From an uncultured Polyangiaceae bacterium (lineage in GTDB: Bacteria > Myxococcota_A > Polyangia > Polyangiales > Polyangiaceae): a DNA stretch of 41,068 nucleotides. The DNA lies in contig CAZICM010000013.1 in NCBI GenBank assembly GCA_964537685.1, forward strand, positions 64,132-105,199, read 5' to 3'. The translations under genes and the position numbers were made by a program. The notes beneath the pieces were generated by a model. It searched no databases. It saw nothing but the letters and a program-made list of their open reading frames with translations, and was not told the DNA's origin. This document shows positions 28,133 to 36,598 of this stretch, one piece after another; position 1 is the stretch's first letter; each line of letters starts with the position of its first letter.

Positions 28133-28612
28133 TCAAGGGCAAAATACGGGTTTCGCGATTAAATAACGCTTGCGCGCCTTCTCCAGATCGGTGCCCTCGG
28201 GCACGGGAATGCCTTGCATGATCGGTTCGTCTTTTTTCTGCACGAACACGGGTAAATCGTTCTTTTCAATCACCGTTCCAATCACACAAACCCGCTTTCC
28301 CTTGTCGCCGCCTTCATAAAAGCCGGGCGGCCACGCATCCATGCCATCCATCCAAATGGATTGGTTGCCGTCGCCCAATAAAATGGCGCCCATCTTGGCA
28401 TCCGCGGCCGTGCCGGAAATACGCACTTGACGCCCAACATAAGAAGCCCAGTCCGCCGGCCAGGGCGACAATTCGCCGGATGCAGAAGAGGGCGAGCCGA
28501 TTGTTCCAGGAGGAGCCGTGGTCATCGCCCGATTTTCATTGCCTGCGCTGGTTCCGCAAGCGCAAACGACAATAAACACGGTGTTGAAGAGCATGCCGCA
28601 AAGCCGCCTCAT
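28133..28612 (-). CDS. Lipoprotein, hypothetical.
   Basis: The ORF runs from 28666. The internal ATG at 28612 (MRRLCGMLFNTVFIVVCACGTSAG) is preceded by GGGAG about 10 nt upstream and gives a lipoprotein signal. No family was recognised. Confidence 0.5.
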   Translation of the reverse strand: MRRLCGMLFNTVFIVVCACGTSAGNENRAMTTAPPGTIGSPSSASGELSPWPADWASYVGRQVRISGTAADAKMGAILLGDGNQSIWMDGMDAWPPGFYEGGDKGKRVCVIGTVIEKNDLPVFVQKKDEPIMQGIPVPEGTDLEKARKRYLIAKPVFCP

Positions 28613-28753
28613 GATCGCCAAACTCCCTTCAAACTGGGCGCTCTGCCCAGCCCGCGGATGTACCACAGCCCAATGCAGAAAGCGCTAAATTCACAAGGCC
28701 CTCACACAATCCTTCCCAATCGCAGCCATCCAGGATAGGCTCGCTCGAGCTCT

Positions 28754-29665
28754 ATGTTTCACCCTGGCATTGCGCGCTCGATCAGACACTTGGGCTTGGT
28801 GCTTTCATTGGCGGCGGCGCCCGCATCGGTGCTGCTTTTACCCCGCGCCGCATCGGCGGATGCCCTCGCCGACGGCGAGAAATTCATTCAAAGCTCCTAC
28901 GAGATTTCAAATATCAACGAATATTCAAAATATCTCTTTGTTGTTTTTCCGTATACCGCGTGTATGGGATGGGGCGACAAATTCTTTGAAATGAATCCCG
29001 ATCATGACGTAGCCGGTCCGAGCTATCATGTGATGGTGGCGGGCGAGCCGCTGGAGCAATACAAGCATTGCCATTTGGGCGCGCTCTATGCCTTTGAAAA
29101 TACGGGGTTTACGATTGAGAAAAAGAAGCTGGAGTCGAATCTCGATTTTTACCGGGGCCCGGGAAGAGAGCTTGTGCGCATTAAGGAATTCGAAGATCTA
29201 AAGGCGTCCGAGAAAATAAAATTCCTCGCATCGGATAAGCGAGTGAAAAAAGCGGTTTTTAAATTGAGCTTTCCCTTGACGATTTCAAGCGATCTTCCGG
29301 TGACGAAAACGCTTGATGTGCTGAGGGTCGCGGAGCTTTCGGAAACAGCCTTCCGGGTCGAGGGAGAGAAATTGGTTGCCACGCTGAACAATGGTTCAAC
29401 CAAATCGATGAATTATGAAGGCGGAAAGAGGCCGGATTTGATCCATCTGGTAACCGGCTCCAGTCCGCAGGTGAACAGCGCGCCAAGTCCGCAAGCCTCG
29501 GCTCAAAGCACCGATCCTAAAACGGCTTCTGGACAAGCCTCAAAGAGCTCCGACAATGCGATGGGCAGCTATATCGCGGGCGCGAGCGCGGCGGTGCTGG
29601 CGGGGCTGGTTATTTTGGCCGCAATGGCCAAAGGCGATAAAAAGAAGCGAAAACCCAAGGCTTGA
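28754..29665 (+). CDS. Secreted protein with a C-terminal transmembrane anchor and polybasic tail, hypothetical.
   Basis: The signal peptide is MFHPGIARSIRHLGLVLSLAAAPASVLLLPRAASA. A Ser/Gln/Pro-rich linker is present. The C-terminus GSYIAGASAAVLAGLVILAAMAKGDKKKRKPKA has a sorting-signal-like architecture. A DUF3750-like lipoprotein gene lies 6 nt downstream. Confidence 0.55.
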   Translation: MFHPGIARSIRHLGLVLSLAAAPASVLLLPRAASADALADGEKFIQSSYEISNINEYSKYLFVVFPYTACMGWGDKFFEMNPDHDVAGPSYHVMVAGEPLEQYKHCHLGALYAFENTGFTIEKKKLESNLDFYRGPGRELVRIKEFEDLKASEKIKFLASDKRVKKAVFKLSFPLTISSDLPVTKTLDVLRVAELSETAFRVEGEKLVATLNNGSTKSMNYEGGKRPDLIHLVTGSSPQVNSAPSPQASAQSTDPKTASGQASKSSDNAMGSYIAGASAAVLAGLVILAAMAKGDKKKRKPKA

Positions 29666-29671
29666 TGCCAT

Positions 29672-30391
29672 TTGAATCGGTTCTACATGATGACAATGAC
29701 CGATAGATTTCACAATCTGATGGTGCGCCATTTTATTGTATGGGCAGGTATTTTAGGGCTCACTTCGGGATGCGCTATTTATAGGCATCCTTTGGCGCTT
29801 CCCCCGAGGGAGCAGCCTTTTGTGGCGGTGCTGAGCGGTGAGATGCCGGAGCCTATCGATATGGTGTCACGGCACGCGTGGATTGTAGCCAATGCGGCCG
29901 ATCAAAAGCCGCTTCACCGCTATGAGCTTTTGGGTTCGGGTTTTAAGACGACGACAGACACGCCTTTTGATTATTTTGGCTCGGGCGATGTGGCCATCCA
30001 CGGCATTGTTATCACCGATAGCCGTGGTATTCAGCGCTTCTTGGCTTGCCTCGATAAAGAAACGCCTCAATACAATGAAGATCATCCTATATACTTTCCA
30101 ATGCCAGGCCCCAATAGCAATACCTTTGTCGATCGCCTTCTCAGGCGCTGCGACATTTCCGTCGAATTGCCATCTACCGCGATTGGAAAGGATTACCGGG
30201 GAATCATCGGGGCATCCATTACATCGGGTGGTACAGGAATTCAGTTGGAAACATGGCCTTTTGGAATAAAGATTGGCTTAAAAGAGGGCGTTGAGCTTCA
30301 TATTTTAGGGATGTCGATCGGGGTGGATTTTTGGCCTCCCGCGCTTATTGTGCCGGTGAATCCGGGGCGGCTGGGTTTTGATGATCGGTAG
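29672..30391 (+). CDS. DUF3750-like lipoprotein (conserved HAW motif).
   Basis: The lipobox is GLTSGC. The motif VSRHAWIVANAAD contains the HAW signature recalled for DUF3750. The protein is 239 aa. The family assignment comes from memory of the motif only. Confidence 0.45.
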   Translation: MNRFYMMTMTDRFHNLMVRHFIVWAGILGLTSGCAIYRHPLALPPREQPFVAVLSGEMPEPIDMVSRHAWIVANAADQKPLHRYELLGSGFKTTTDTPFDYFGSGDVAIHGIVITDSRGIQRFLACLDKETPQYNEDHPIYFPMPGPNSNTFVDRLLRRCDISVELPSTAIGKDYRGIIGASITSGGTGIQLETWPFGIKIGLKEGVELHILGMSIGVDFWPPALIVPVNPGRLGFDDR

Positions 30392-30439
30392 AACCCAGCT
30401 CATCAAGCTGCTGCGCTTTTTGAGATGGGTTCCACTCAC

Positions 30440-31225
30440 TTACACCACCTCATCCGGCCCCTTCCCCAAGTGCTCCCTTAACATCACCACAATCGCTCCC
30501 TGCATCCGCTCCGGCGCCGCATCATACAGCCGTCCGAATTCTATTGACTCCGGCGAAATTGTTTCCAACTGCCCGCCCAACAACTCCCGCGCGCTCATCT
30601 CAAATGCCTTCGCCATCGCACACATCGCCAAGATGCAAGGGTCGCGCTTCCCCCGTTCAACCGTTGCTACATAGTTATGCGATAACCCTGCGCGCATAGC
30701 GAATTCATCAATCGTCAAATTGTGTTCCCACCTCAAGCGCCGAAGCCGCGCGCCCAATTCTTCGCTTGTTTTCGGCTCTTCTTCGCCCTCGTTCGCCCCG
30801 CTCCTCAATCCGCCAAATACGCCGCCCCGCTCCCGCACAGCCCCGCCCCGATCTTCATGCCGCGCTTGCTTTTGAGCGGTTTCACGCATACGCGGATGCT
30901 CGCGCAACAATACAATCGAAGCCGCGCGCATCGCTTCCGTTGAAGCTTCAAACATGCGAACCGCCTCCGCCGCATTCGGCGAAATCCCAGGCGGCGGCCC
31001 GATTACGTCGCGAACAGGAACGCAAAAGGCATGCGCCAGCGTGCGAAGCGTCGAGAATGAAACATCCCGCTTTCCGTGCTCCACTGAACAGGCATAGGTC
31101 GGCGAAAGCCCGCACCCCGAGCACAATTCATCAATCGATAAGCCTCGCGCTCTTCGAAGCCTGCGAATCGTTTCGCCAAGCTGTTTCAGCGTTTCTTGGC
31201 TCTCGGGGGATAGGCGTTCATCCAT
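30440..31225 (-). CDS. Transcriptional regulator with two XRE-family (Cro/C1-type) HTH domains.
   Basis: There are two copies of the HTH_XRE pattern: ETIRRLRRARGLSIDELCSGCGLSPTYACSVEHGKRDVSFSTLRTLAHAF and ARLRRLRWEHNLTIDEFAMRAGLSHNYVATVERGKRDPCILAMCAMAKAF. Confidence 0.75.
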   Translation of the reverse strand: MDERLSPESQETLKQLGETIRRLRRARGLSIDELCSGCGLSPTYACSVEHGKRDVSFSTLRTLAHAFCVPVRDVIGPPPGISPNAAEAVRMFEASTEAMRAASIVLLREHPRMRETAQKQARHEDRGGAVRERGGVFGGLRSGANEGEEEPKTSEELGARLRRLRWEHNLTIDEFAMRAGLSHNYVATVERGKRDPCILAMCAMAKAFEMSARELLGGQLETISPESIEFGRLYDAAPERMQGAIVVMLREHLGKGPDEVV

Positions 31226-31710
31226 GGGGCTGCGCCGAACCCTGATTCCGCTTCAGGTGGGTTCCCTTCGATCCGGCGAGGCGTATCTTTGCCTTGCCCA
31301 CTCGCCCCCTTCAAGAGTTTTAACAGCGGTTCCGCTACCGTCGGCGGTGTTTCTCCTATAAGCCATGCCACCAGTTTTGCCGTCTCGCTGAGCCCTTTAT
31401 GACGGGTTCCCAGCAATTCGCCCATCGGTACGCCTAGACCCTTGCTAATGTGATAAACCGTGCTGACGCTGCAATTCTGCTTTCCAGCCTCGATTTGCTT
31501 TAAATAGTGGGGATTGATGCCCGAACGTGAGGCTAGCTCATCTATACTCCACCCTCGTTCCACGCGGCATCGGCGGACGTTTCGGCTGAAGGTGATGGGA
31601 AGCGGTGGGGGTTCGGTGAGTTGACCATCATAAGAGAGATCATTCTCATTTTCATTAACGATCGAATCTATTTTGGAACGTTTTTGGGAGCGTGTGGTGC
31701 TCATTGTCAA
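31186..31710 (-). CDS. XRE-family HTH transcriptional regulator.
   Basis: The HTH is NVRRCRVERGWSIDELASRSGINPHYLKQIEAGKQNCSVSTVYHISKGLG. The 3' end overlaps the downstream regulator gene by 40 nt. It is same-strand, so it is probably co-transcribed. Confidence 0.7.
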   Translation of the reverse strand: MTMSTTRSQKRSKIDSIVNENENDLSYDGQLTEPPPLPITFSRNVRRCRVERGWSIDELASRSGINPHYLKQIEAGKQNCSVSTVYHISKGLGVPMGELLGTRHKGLSETAKLVAWLIGETPPTVAEPLLKLLKGASGQGKDTPRRIEGNPPEAESGFGAAPWMNAYPPRAKKR

Positions 31711-31762
31711 AATTCTCCGCTGGCTTTAAGGTTTAGATATCTATGGATTCAAGGATAGCAAG

Positions 31763-32860
31763 TTAAGGTAGGCAAGGATTGCAGGGTCCGCCGCAATCGA
31801 TACCGCTTTCCATACCGTTTTGAACGGCATCGGTACATGAGGGGATTTGGCATTGGCCGGCTTTGCATACGCCGCTTACGCAATCCGCAGGAAGCTTGCA
31901 GCCTTCGCCGTCGGGGCATGGGGGACAGCTTGGCGCACCGCAATCGATGCCGCTTTCGCCGTCGTTCTTTACCCCGTCCATGCAACTTGGAAGTTGACAC
32001 ATGCCTCCTACACATACGCCGCTTAAGCAATCGATATCTAGGGTGCATGTAACACCTGCAGGGCATGGGGTGCATGGTCCGCCACATTGTCCGAGTTGAC
32101 ACTGTGCGAAATCGATGCACCACACTTTTTCACAAACGTAACCCGCCACACTGCAGGAGGCGTAGGGTAGAATGTCGATGCATTCTACACACTGACCTTC
32201 ATAGCAAAATCCATCCCCCGCTTCTGGACAGTTCAATCCATCCGGTAAGGGATCGTTAGCGACCACCTCGCCGAAGCAATAGTCATAGGTGCACTGATTT
32301 CCATCATTGTAAAAATCACCTACATCGATCACCTCGGATTTATTTCCGAAAACATCACACACAATTTGCTTGCAATCGCCATACAACTGTGAAGCGGCCG
32401 GGCCTGCCCAAATTTCGAGCACGCATTTGCTGTCCACGCACTTGGCTGCACCGCACGCTGGATCGGGAGGTCCGGCGCACTCGCTATCCATCGTGCATTC
32501 AGGCGGCGGTGTTGGGTCGCCTCCCGTGCCTCCTGTACCCGTTGCGCCTCCCGTGCCGCTTCCAGCGCCTCCGCTGCCTGTGGGGCCTGCATCGGGCGGC
32601 TGACACTCGGCCGCGGGCCTGCAGCGGTAATCGTTCGGCGGCTGCGCTTCGCAATTCTCGATGTCGCCGCCCGGACAACAATGCATGTAGCCCGGCTCAT
32701 CGCACACGCATTTGGACTCCACGCAACTGGAGCCCGGAATATTGTTGAAATCGCTGTGACAGTCCTCCGTGATGTTGCAATTTCCGCCTACTGTGACTTC
32801 ACGCGAGCACGAGGCACACGCAAGCCCGCTCAAAAAAATCCAAAGCCATTTCCATCGCAT
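31763..32860 (-). CDS. Secreted cysteine-rich protein (long paralog). It has an N-terminal CSREVTVGGxCNITEDCHSDFNNIP domain, a Gly/Thr-rich linker and C-terminal CxxPxCxDGxxNGxExGxDCGGxC repeats.
   Basis: A signal peptide is present. There are about 50 Cys. The C-terminal repeats are CQLPSCMDGVKNDGESGIDCGAPSCPPC and CQIPSCTDAVQNGMESGIDCGGPCNPC. The N-terminal domain is paralogous to the adjacent gene at 32879..33193, with high nucleotide identity between about 32735-32830 and about 33068-33165. Confidence 0.65.
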   Translation of the reverse strand: MRWKWLWIFLSGLACASCSREVTVGGNCNITEDCHSDFNNIPGSSCVESKCVCDEPGYMHCCPGGDIENCEAQPPNDYRCRPAAECQPPDAGPTGSGGAGSGTGGATGTGGTGGDPTPPPECTMDSECAGPPDPACGAAKCVDSKCVLEIWAGPAASQLYGDCKQIVCDVFGNKSEVIDVGDFYNDGNQCTYDYCFGEVVANDPLPDGLNCPEAGDGFCYEGQCVECIDILPYASCSVAGYVCEKVWCIDFAQCQLGQCGGPCTPCPAGVTCTLDIDCLSGVCVGGMCQLPSCMDGVKNDGESGIDCGAPSCPPCPDGEGCKLPADCVSGVCKAGQCQIPSCTDAVQNGMESGIDCGGPCNPCLP

Positions 32861-32878
32861 CGCATCTTCTCCTGTTGA

Positions 32879-33193
32879 CTATCCGCCGTCACTCGCATCC
32901 GCTCCCGCATCCGGGAAAATAAAGGGCGCCATCGGATCGCATTCCTCTTGCGGCCTGCATCGATAAGGATCTTCCTTCGAGCAATTCTCGATGTTGTCCC
33001 TGAAGCAACAATGGTCGTAGCCGGGCGTTGTGCATGTGCAGTAGCCATCGATGCAAACCGTGTCCGGGATGTTGTTGAAATCGCTGTGGCAGTCCTCGGT
33101 GATGTTGCATTTGCCGCCCACAGTGACTTCGCGCGAGCACGCAACGAACGCGCACGCACTAAACAAAAGAGCCGCGAAAATCCTGCGAATCAT
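32879..33193 (-). CDS. Secreted cysteine-rich protein (short paralog of the N-terminal domain of 31763..32860).
   Basis: It consists of the signal peptide MIRRIFAALLFSACAFVACS followed by CSREVTVGGKCNITEDCHSDFNNIPDTVCIDGYCTCTTPGYDHCCFRDNIENC...YRCRPQEEC. This is colinear with the paralog. An RBS (AGGAG) for the downstream paralog follows its stop. Confidence 0.6.
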   Translation of the reverse strand: MIRRIFAALLFSACAFVACSREVTVGGKCNITEDCHSDFNNIPDTVCIDGYCTCTTPGYDHCCFRDNIENCSKEDPYRCRPQEECDPMAPFIFPDAGADASDGG

Positions 33194-33238
33194 AAACCTG
33201 TCTCCAATTCCGCCAATGTGTTGAGCGCGTCCTACACG

Positions 33239-34582
33239 CTAATGCTGTTGACGGCCCATGTACATCGAACCCTTGGTTTCGCGCTTGGGATCAAAGCGAT
33301 CGAGAGGTGAAATCGCCTTGCGTGTGCGGTGTCTGGGGCGCGCGTGCGAAGGCGAAATCAGCGGCTCAACCTTTGTAACTTGTGAGTTGTGGGAAACGTC
33401 GCCGGCCGTGCTGGAGGGCGTGTTTTGCGCGGACGATTGCGCGCGAAGAAGCAGCGCCAAAGCCTTTGCATTTACGCTGTCTACGGCTTGTTTTGCGGGC
33501 GATCGAATCGAGCGCGATGCGATAAAAATGCCTGCCGACATGACAAGCGCGGCACCGATCGCGATGGCCGCAAAGCGCTTTGTTTGGACAGCATCACGCA
33601 ACAGCAAGAACGCGGGGGCTCGTGTATTCGGGCGCGTTTTCGGGAAATCGCCGGCCGTGCGAGGCGTGGGCGGAATGCTGGAAATCGGGGGTTTGGTAGG
33701 CGGTGCGGGAAGGGTGTCCGCATGTTCCACAGGCGGCGGCAGAAGCGCGCGGCGCCTTTGGGTCTCGGAGTTTGGGCGCGTCGGCGGCTCACTATCCTCG
33801 GCTGAAAGCAGCTCCGCCGTAGGATGCCGCGAACCCGTATCATTGAGCTCATAAAGAACGGACCCGAGGAGAATCAACGCACTGATCCACGTCTTTGGGC
33901 GTTCACTTTCGTCGTGCGATGTCCATTCAAAGATGAGGTTGGAAAGCTCCTCGTGCACATCCTCGCGAACGACTCTCAAGGCCGGGATTCGCTGCCTAAA
34001 ACGCTTCTCGCGATAAGGATCGCCACCGCTCAAAGCGCCGGGCTCATCGCCTGCAATCGCCTCCCATGCAATCACCGCGGCCGCATAAATATCGGTGCTT
34101 TCGCTTGCATGCCTTGGATTGTTCCATTGCTCGGGAGCGCGGCAAAAATGCGGTGAGGGAACGATGTCAAAGAGCTTTGAAATGCCAAAATCGAGCAAGC
34201 ATCGAAGTCTTTTATTTGCATTGAGATGAATCGAGGAAACATCGAGCATTCCGTGAACGCCCTGTAATCGCAGGGCTTTTAAGGTGCTTCCGATATCATG
34301 GAGCAAAAGCGCTGCTTGGGTGGGATCGAGCGGACCATGACCGCCGAGCTGATCGCGCAGGGAAATTCCCGGGACAGGAGCAAACGCCGCCCATTGCCAT
34401 CCATCGCGCGCATCTGCCTCAAGGAGCGTGGGAAGGGTGAAATGACGGATGCCCTGAAGCGCTTGGGCTCGTTCCTTGAACGCCTGATCGCGTTCAGGAT
34501 CGGCCGGTAATTGCCGAAGATCGAGGGCGTAGAGCCACACGGCTGAACCGTCTTCGGAGCGGCTTGCCCTATAGCATTTCAA
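33239..34582 (-). CDS. Ser/Thr protein kinase-like protein with a degenerate catalytic core (probable pseudokinase), a single TM segment and a Pro-rich linker.
   Basis: The DFG motif (LDFGISK) and an APE motif (RAPEQW...DIYAAAVIAWEAIAG) are retained. The Gly-rich loop and the VAIK lysine are not found. The catalytic loop reads VHGMLDVSSIHLN instead of HRDLKPxN. The TM segment is FAAIAIGAALVMSAGIFIAS. Confidence 0.6.
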   Translation of the reverse strand: MKCYRASRSEDGSAVWLYALDLRQLPADPERDQAFKERAQALQGIRHFTLPTLLEADARDGWQWAAFAPVPGISLRDQLGGHGPLDPTQAALLLHDIGSTLKALRLQGVHGMLDVSSIHLNANKRLRCLLDFGISKLFDIVPSPHFCRAPEQWNNPRHASESTDIYAAAVIAWEAIAGDEPGALSGGDPYREKRFRQRIPALRVVREDVHEELSNLIFEWTSHDESERPKTWISALILLGSVLYELNDTGSRHPTAELLSAEDSEPPTRPNSETQRRRALLPPPVEHADTLPAPPTKPPISSIPPTPRTAGDFPKTRPNTRAPAFLLLRDAVQTKRFAAIAIGAALVMSAGIFIASRSIRSPAKQAVDSVNAKALALLLRAQSSAQNTPSSTAGDVSHNSQVTKVEPLISPSHARPRHRTRKAISPLDRFDPKRETKGSMYMGRQQH

Positions 34583-35537
34583 ATCGGAAACAGCGTGGAA
34601 ACACTCCTATCAAGGTAATGGCGAGGCCGATTCCCGTGGTCACTCCGCTGAAGATGGCCAGATCCCTGAAGGATTCGCCGCGATTAATTTTGTCAAAAGC
34701 CTCGCTGCATTCGGGCTGCACATTGCATTCACATCCGCAGTCGTAACGCCGTTTGACACTCTCCTGGAGCTCATAGGCCGACCGGATATCCATCCAAGCG
34801 GAGAAGGACAAATGCGCTGTAGCTCCCGCTGCTAGAAGCGTTGTGATGAGGCTGACGCGAAAGGCTGTGGCGTCGGGCAAAGGGGATGATGTGGAAGCGG
34901 GCGAAGGCGCTGGGATACGCAATGCGGGCGCGGCGGGTGCGATAAAAGCAGGGGATTTTTCGCGTCTTAGGGTGGGAACAACAACGGTTTCGCTATGGCC
35001 GGGTGCGATGGTGATTTGCTTTGAGCCTTCGCCATAGAAGTCTTTGGCGTGAATTTGGATAGGCGTATTGGCTGGGACGAACACATCGCGATCGGCGGGC
35101 AAAAGGCCGAAATTGCGATGATTGACGGTAATGGTGGCGAGGCCGGACGAGAGAACGCGAAGGGTTGCGACGCGAGTGCGGGCGATAGCGAGTTTACTTG
35201 CATGGGTGAGGCGTTTTTGATGTTCATCGGGGTCGGTGGTGGGCTCGGTGGTGAGGCGAATACAATCCGTGAGGAATTCGGCGGCTTCTGGAAAGCGCTC
35301 GAGATGGGAAGCGAGGATGCCGGCATTGCAGAGCAGTTCGCGATCGGAGCGGATAGCGAGGGCGGCGGAAGCTGCGTTGAAAGCGAGTTCGAAGCGGTCG
35401 TGTTCGGTATGGGCGCGCATGGCTTCGATCAATTCGCGGCGGACGGCCTCGGGGTTGGGCGTTTGAGCGAGGGCGGGATGGGCGATGGTGATGAGGGCGG
35501 CGGCGAAGATGGTGGTGAGGCGGGGGACTAGGAGCAT
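34569..35537 (-). CDS. Secreted or membrane-anchored hypothetical protein (signal peptide plus C-terminal TM).
   Basis: The signal peptide is MLLVPRLTTIFAAALITIAHPALAQ. The C-terminal hydrophobic segment is IFSGVTTGIGLAITLIGVF. Its 3' end overlaps the kinase-like gene start by 14 nt on the same strand, so they are probably co-transcribed. Confidence 0.5.
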   Translation of the reverse strand: MLLVPRLTTIFAAALITIAHPALAQTPNPEAVRRELIEAMRAHTEHDRFELAFNAASAALAIRSDRELLCNAGILASHLERFPEAAEFLTDCIRLTTEPTTDPDEHQKRLTHASKLAIARTRVATLRVLSSGLATITVNHRNFGLLPADRDVFVPANTPIQIHAKDFYGEGSKQITIAPGHSETVVVPTLRREKSPAFIAPAAPALRIPAPSPASTSSPLPDATAFRVSLITTLLAAGATAHLSFSAWMDIRSAYELQESVKRRYDCGCECNVQPECSEAFDKINRGESFRDLAIFSGVTTGIGLAITLIGVFPRCFRFEML

Positions 35538-35802
35538 GTGAGAGGAATAGAATGGTTTCGAAAGAGGTGCAAGAGGGGGGATGGATAGCGGATGGGGAGA
35601 GAGGAATATTTGTTTGCCAGGACAAATTTGTATCGAGGAGGTTTCTTGTGTCGGATTCGAGCATGTAGCAGTATAAAGTATGTTGTTGAGGAATTCTCGT
35701 CAAAACTCGCATGACGCTGTCCTCAAAACACCTTAAAACAACGTGCTAAATGGGGGTGAGTGCGACGGGGGATAGCGGTGTTTGATGAGCTGGGTTCTGG
35801 CG

Positions 35803-36558
35803 CTATTGCCTTTGGAATTCGTTTTTGAATTCATTTGATATTTTATTGTAGATTACCGGCATTTGCCCCTTCCACCGGTTCCATGTGGAATCGTTGGTTA
35901 TCAATTCGGCCATAAAATGGCCAACGTTGATTCGGCTCACCTTTCCCGCATCGAAAAGAGCGCTTCTTGTCGGTGAGGGATGTAGCTCGTATTCCGTGAC
36001 GTTCTCTTCATCGATGAGCGTGTCGGGCCTCACGATAACCCATTCTATGGCCTTGTTGTCTTGGCCTATGTGAATTCGTAAATAATCCGCAGCCTGTTCA
36101 TTGTCCGCATGCGGGGGCACCATCCGGCGTATCACGCCCATTACCAATCTCTCCCCCATGGATAGAGGTTCGCTGAGATTGCGATTGCTGTTGCCTGCCG
36201 TATTCATAAGAACAAATCGGACCGGGTTTTCCGCTTGGTTCGCTAGGATGGCAGCGCATAGCCTTTTCGCCGCTTCGGTGACAAGCCGGCGCGGATGACC
36301 GAAAATACCCTTGAAGTTCAGGTTGTGGCCCAGGCATGACGCGACCGCTGTGCACCCTTTTGCCTGTTCGGCCATCTCGGCGTCACTTAGATCCAAGAGG
36401 CTGGCCGAAATCACCGTCAAGCGTTCGTTCTGCTTGAGCGCTTCGGGCAGGGCGCCGGGCGAGCGGACAATTATTTTCACGTTTTGGCCGCGTTCAAGCA
36501 GTTGTTGTACCAACAATCTCCCTGTTGCTCCGCTGGCACCGACGACAAGGACCGTCAT
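35803..36558 (-). CDS. NAD(P)-binding NmrA/atypical SDR-like oxidoreductase.
   Basis: The N-terminus MTVLVVGASGATGRLLVQQLLERGQNVKIIVRS has a Rossmann GxxGxxG. The start is chosen at ATG 36558, which is preceded by GGAG. The ORF caller's upstream TTG adds 4 aa. Confidence 0.7.
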   Translation of the reverse strand: MTVLVVGASGATGRLLVQQLLERGQNVKIIVRSPGALPEALKQNERLTVISASLLDLSDAEMAEQAKGCTAVASCLGHNLNFKGIFGHPRRLVTEAAKRLCAAILANQAENPVRFVLMNTAGNSNRNLSEPLSMGERLVMGVIRRMVPPHADNEQAADYLRIHIGQDNKAIEWVIVRPDTLIDEENVTEYELHPSPTRSALFDAGKVSRINVGHFMAELITNDSTWNRWKGQMPVIYNKISNEFKNEFQRQ

Positions 36559-36598
36559 TTTTATCTCCAATTCCTGAACTGAACACCCATCGAATATA

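Noticed and set aside
30392-30439. A possible bidirectional rho-independent terminator between the convergent DUF3750-like and XRE genes (acccagctca...tgagatgggt with a T-run).
   Set aside because: The stem has a large 17-nt loop and an internal mismatch. The T-run is inside the loop rather than 3' of the stem. It is too weak to call.
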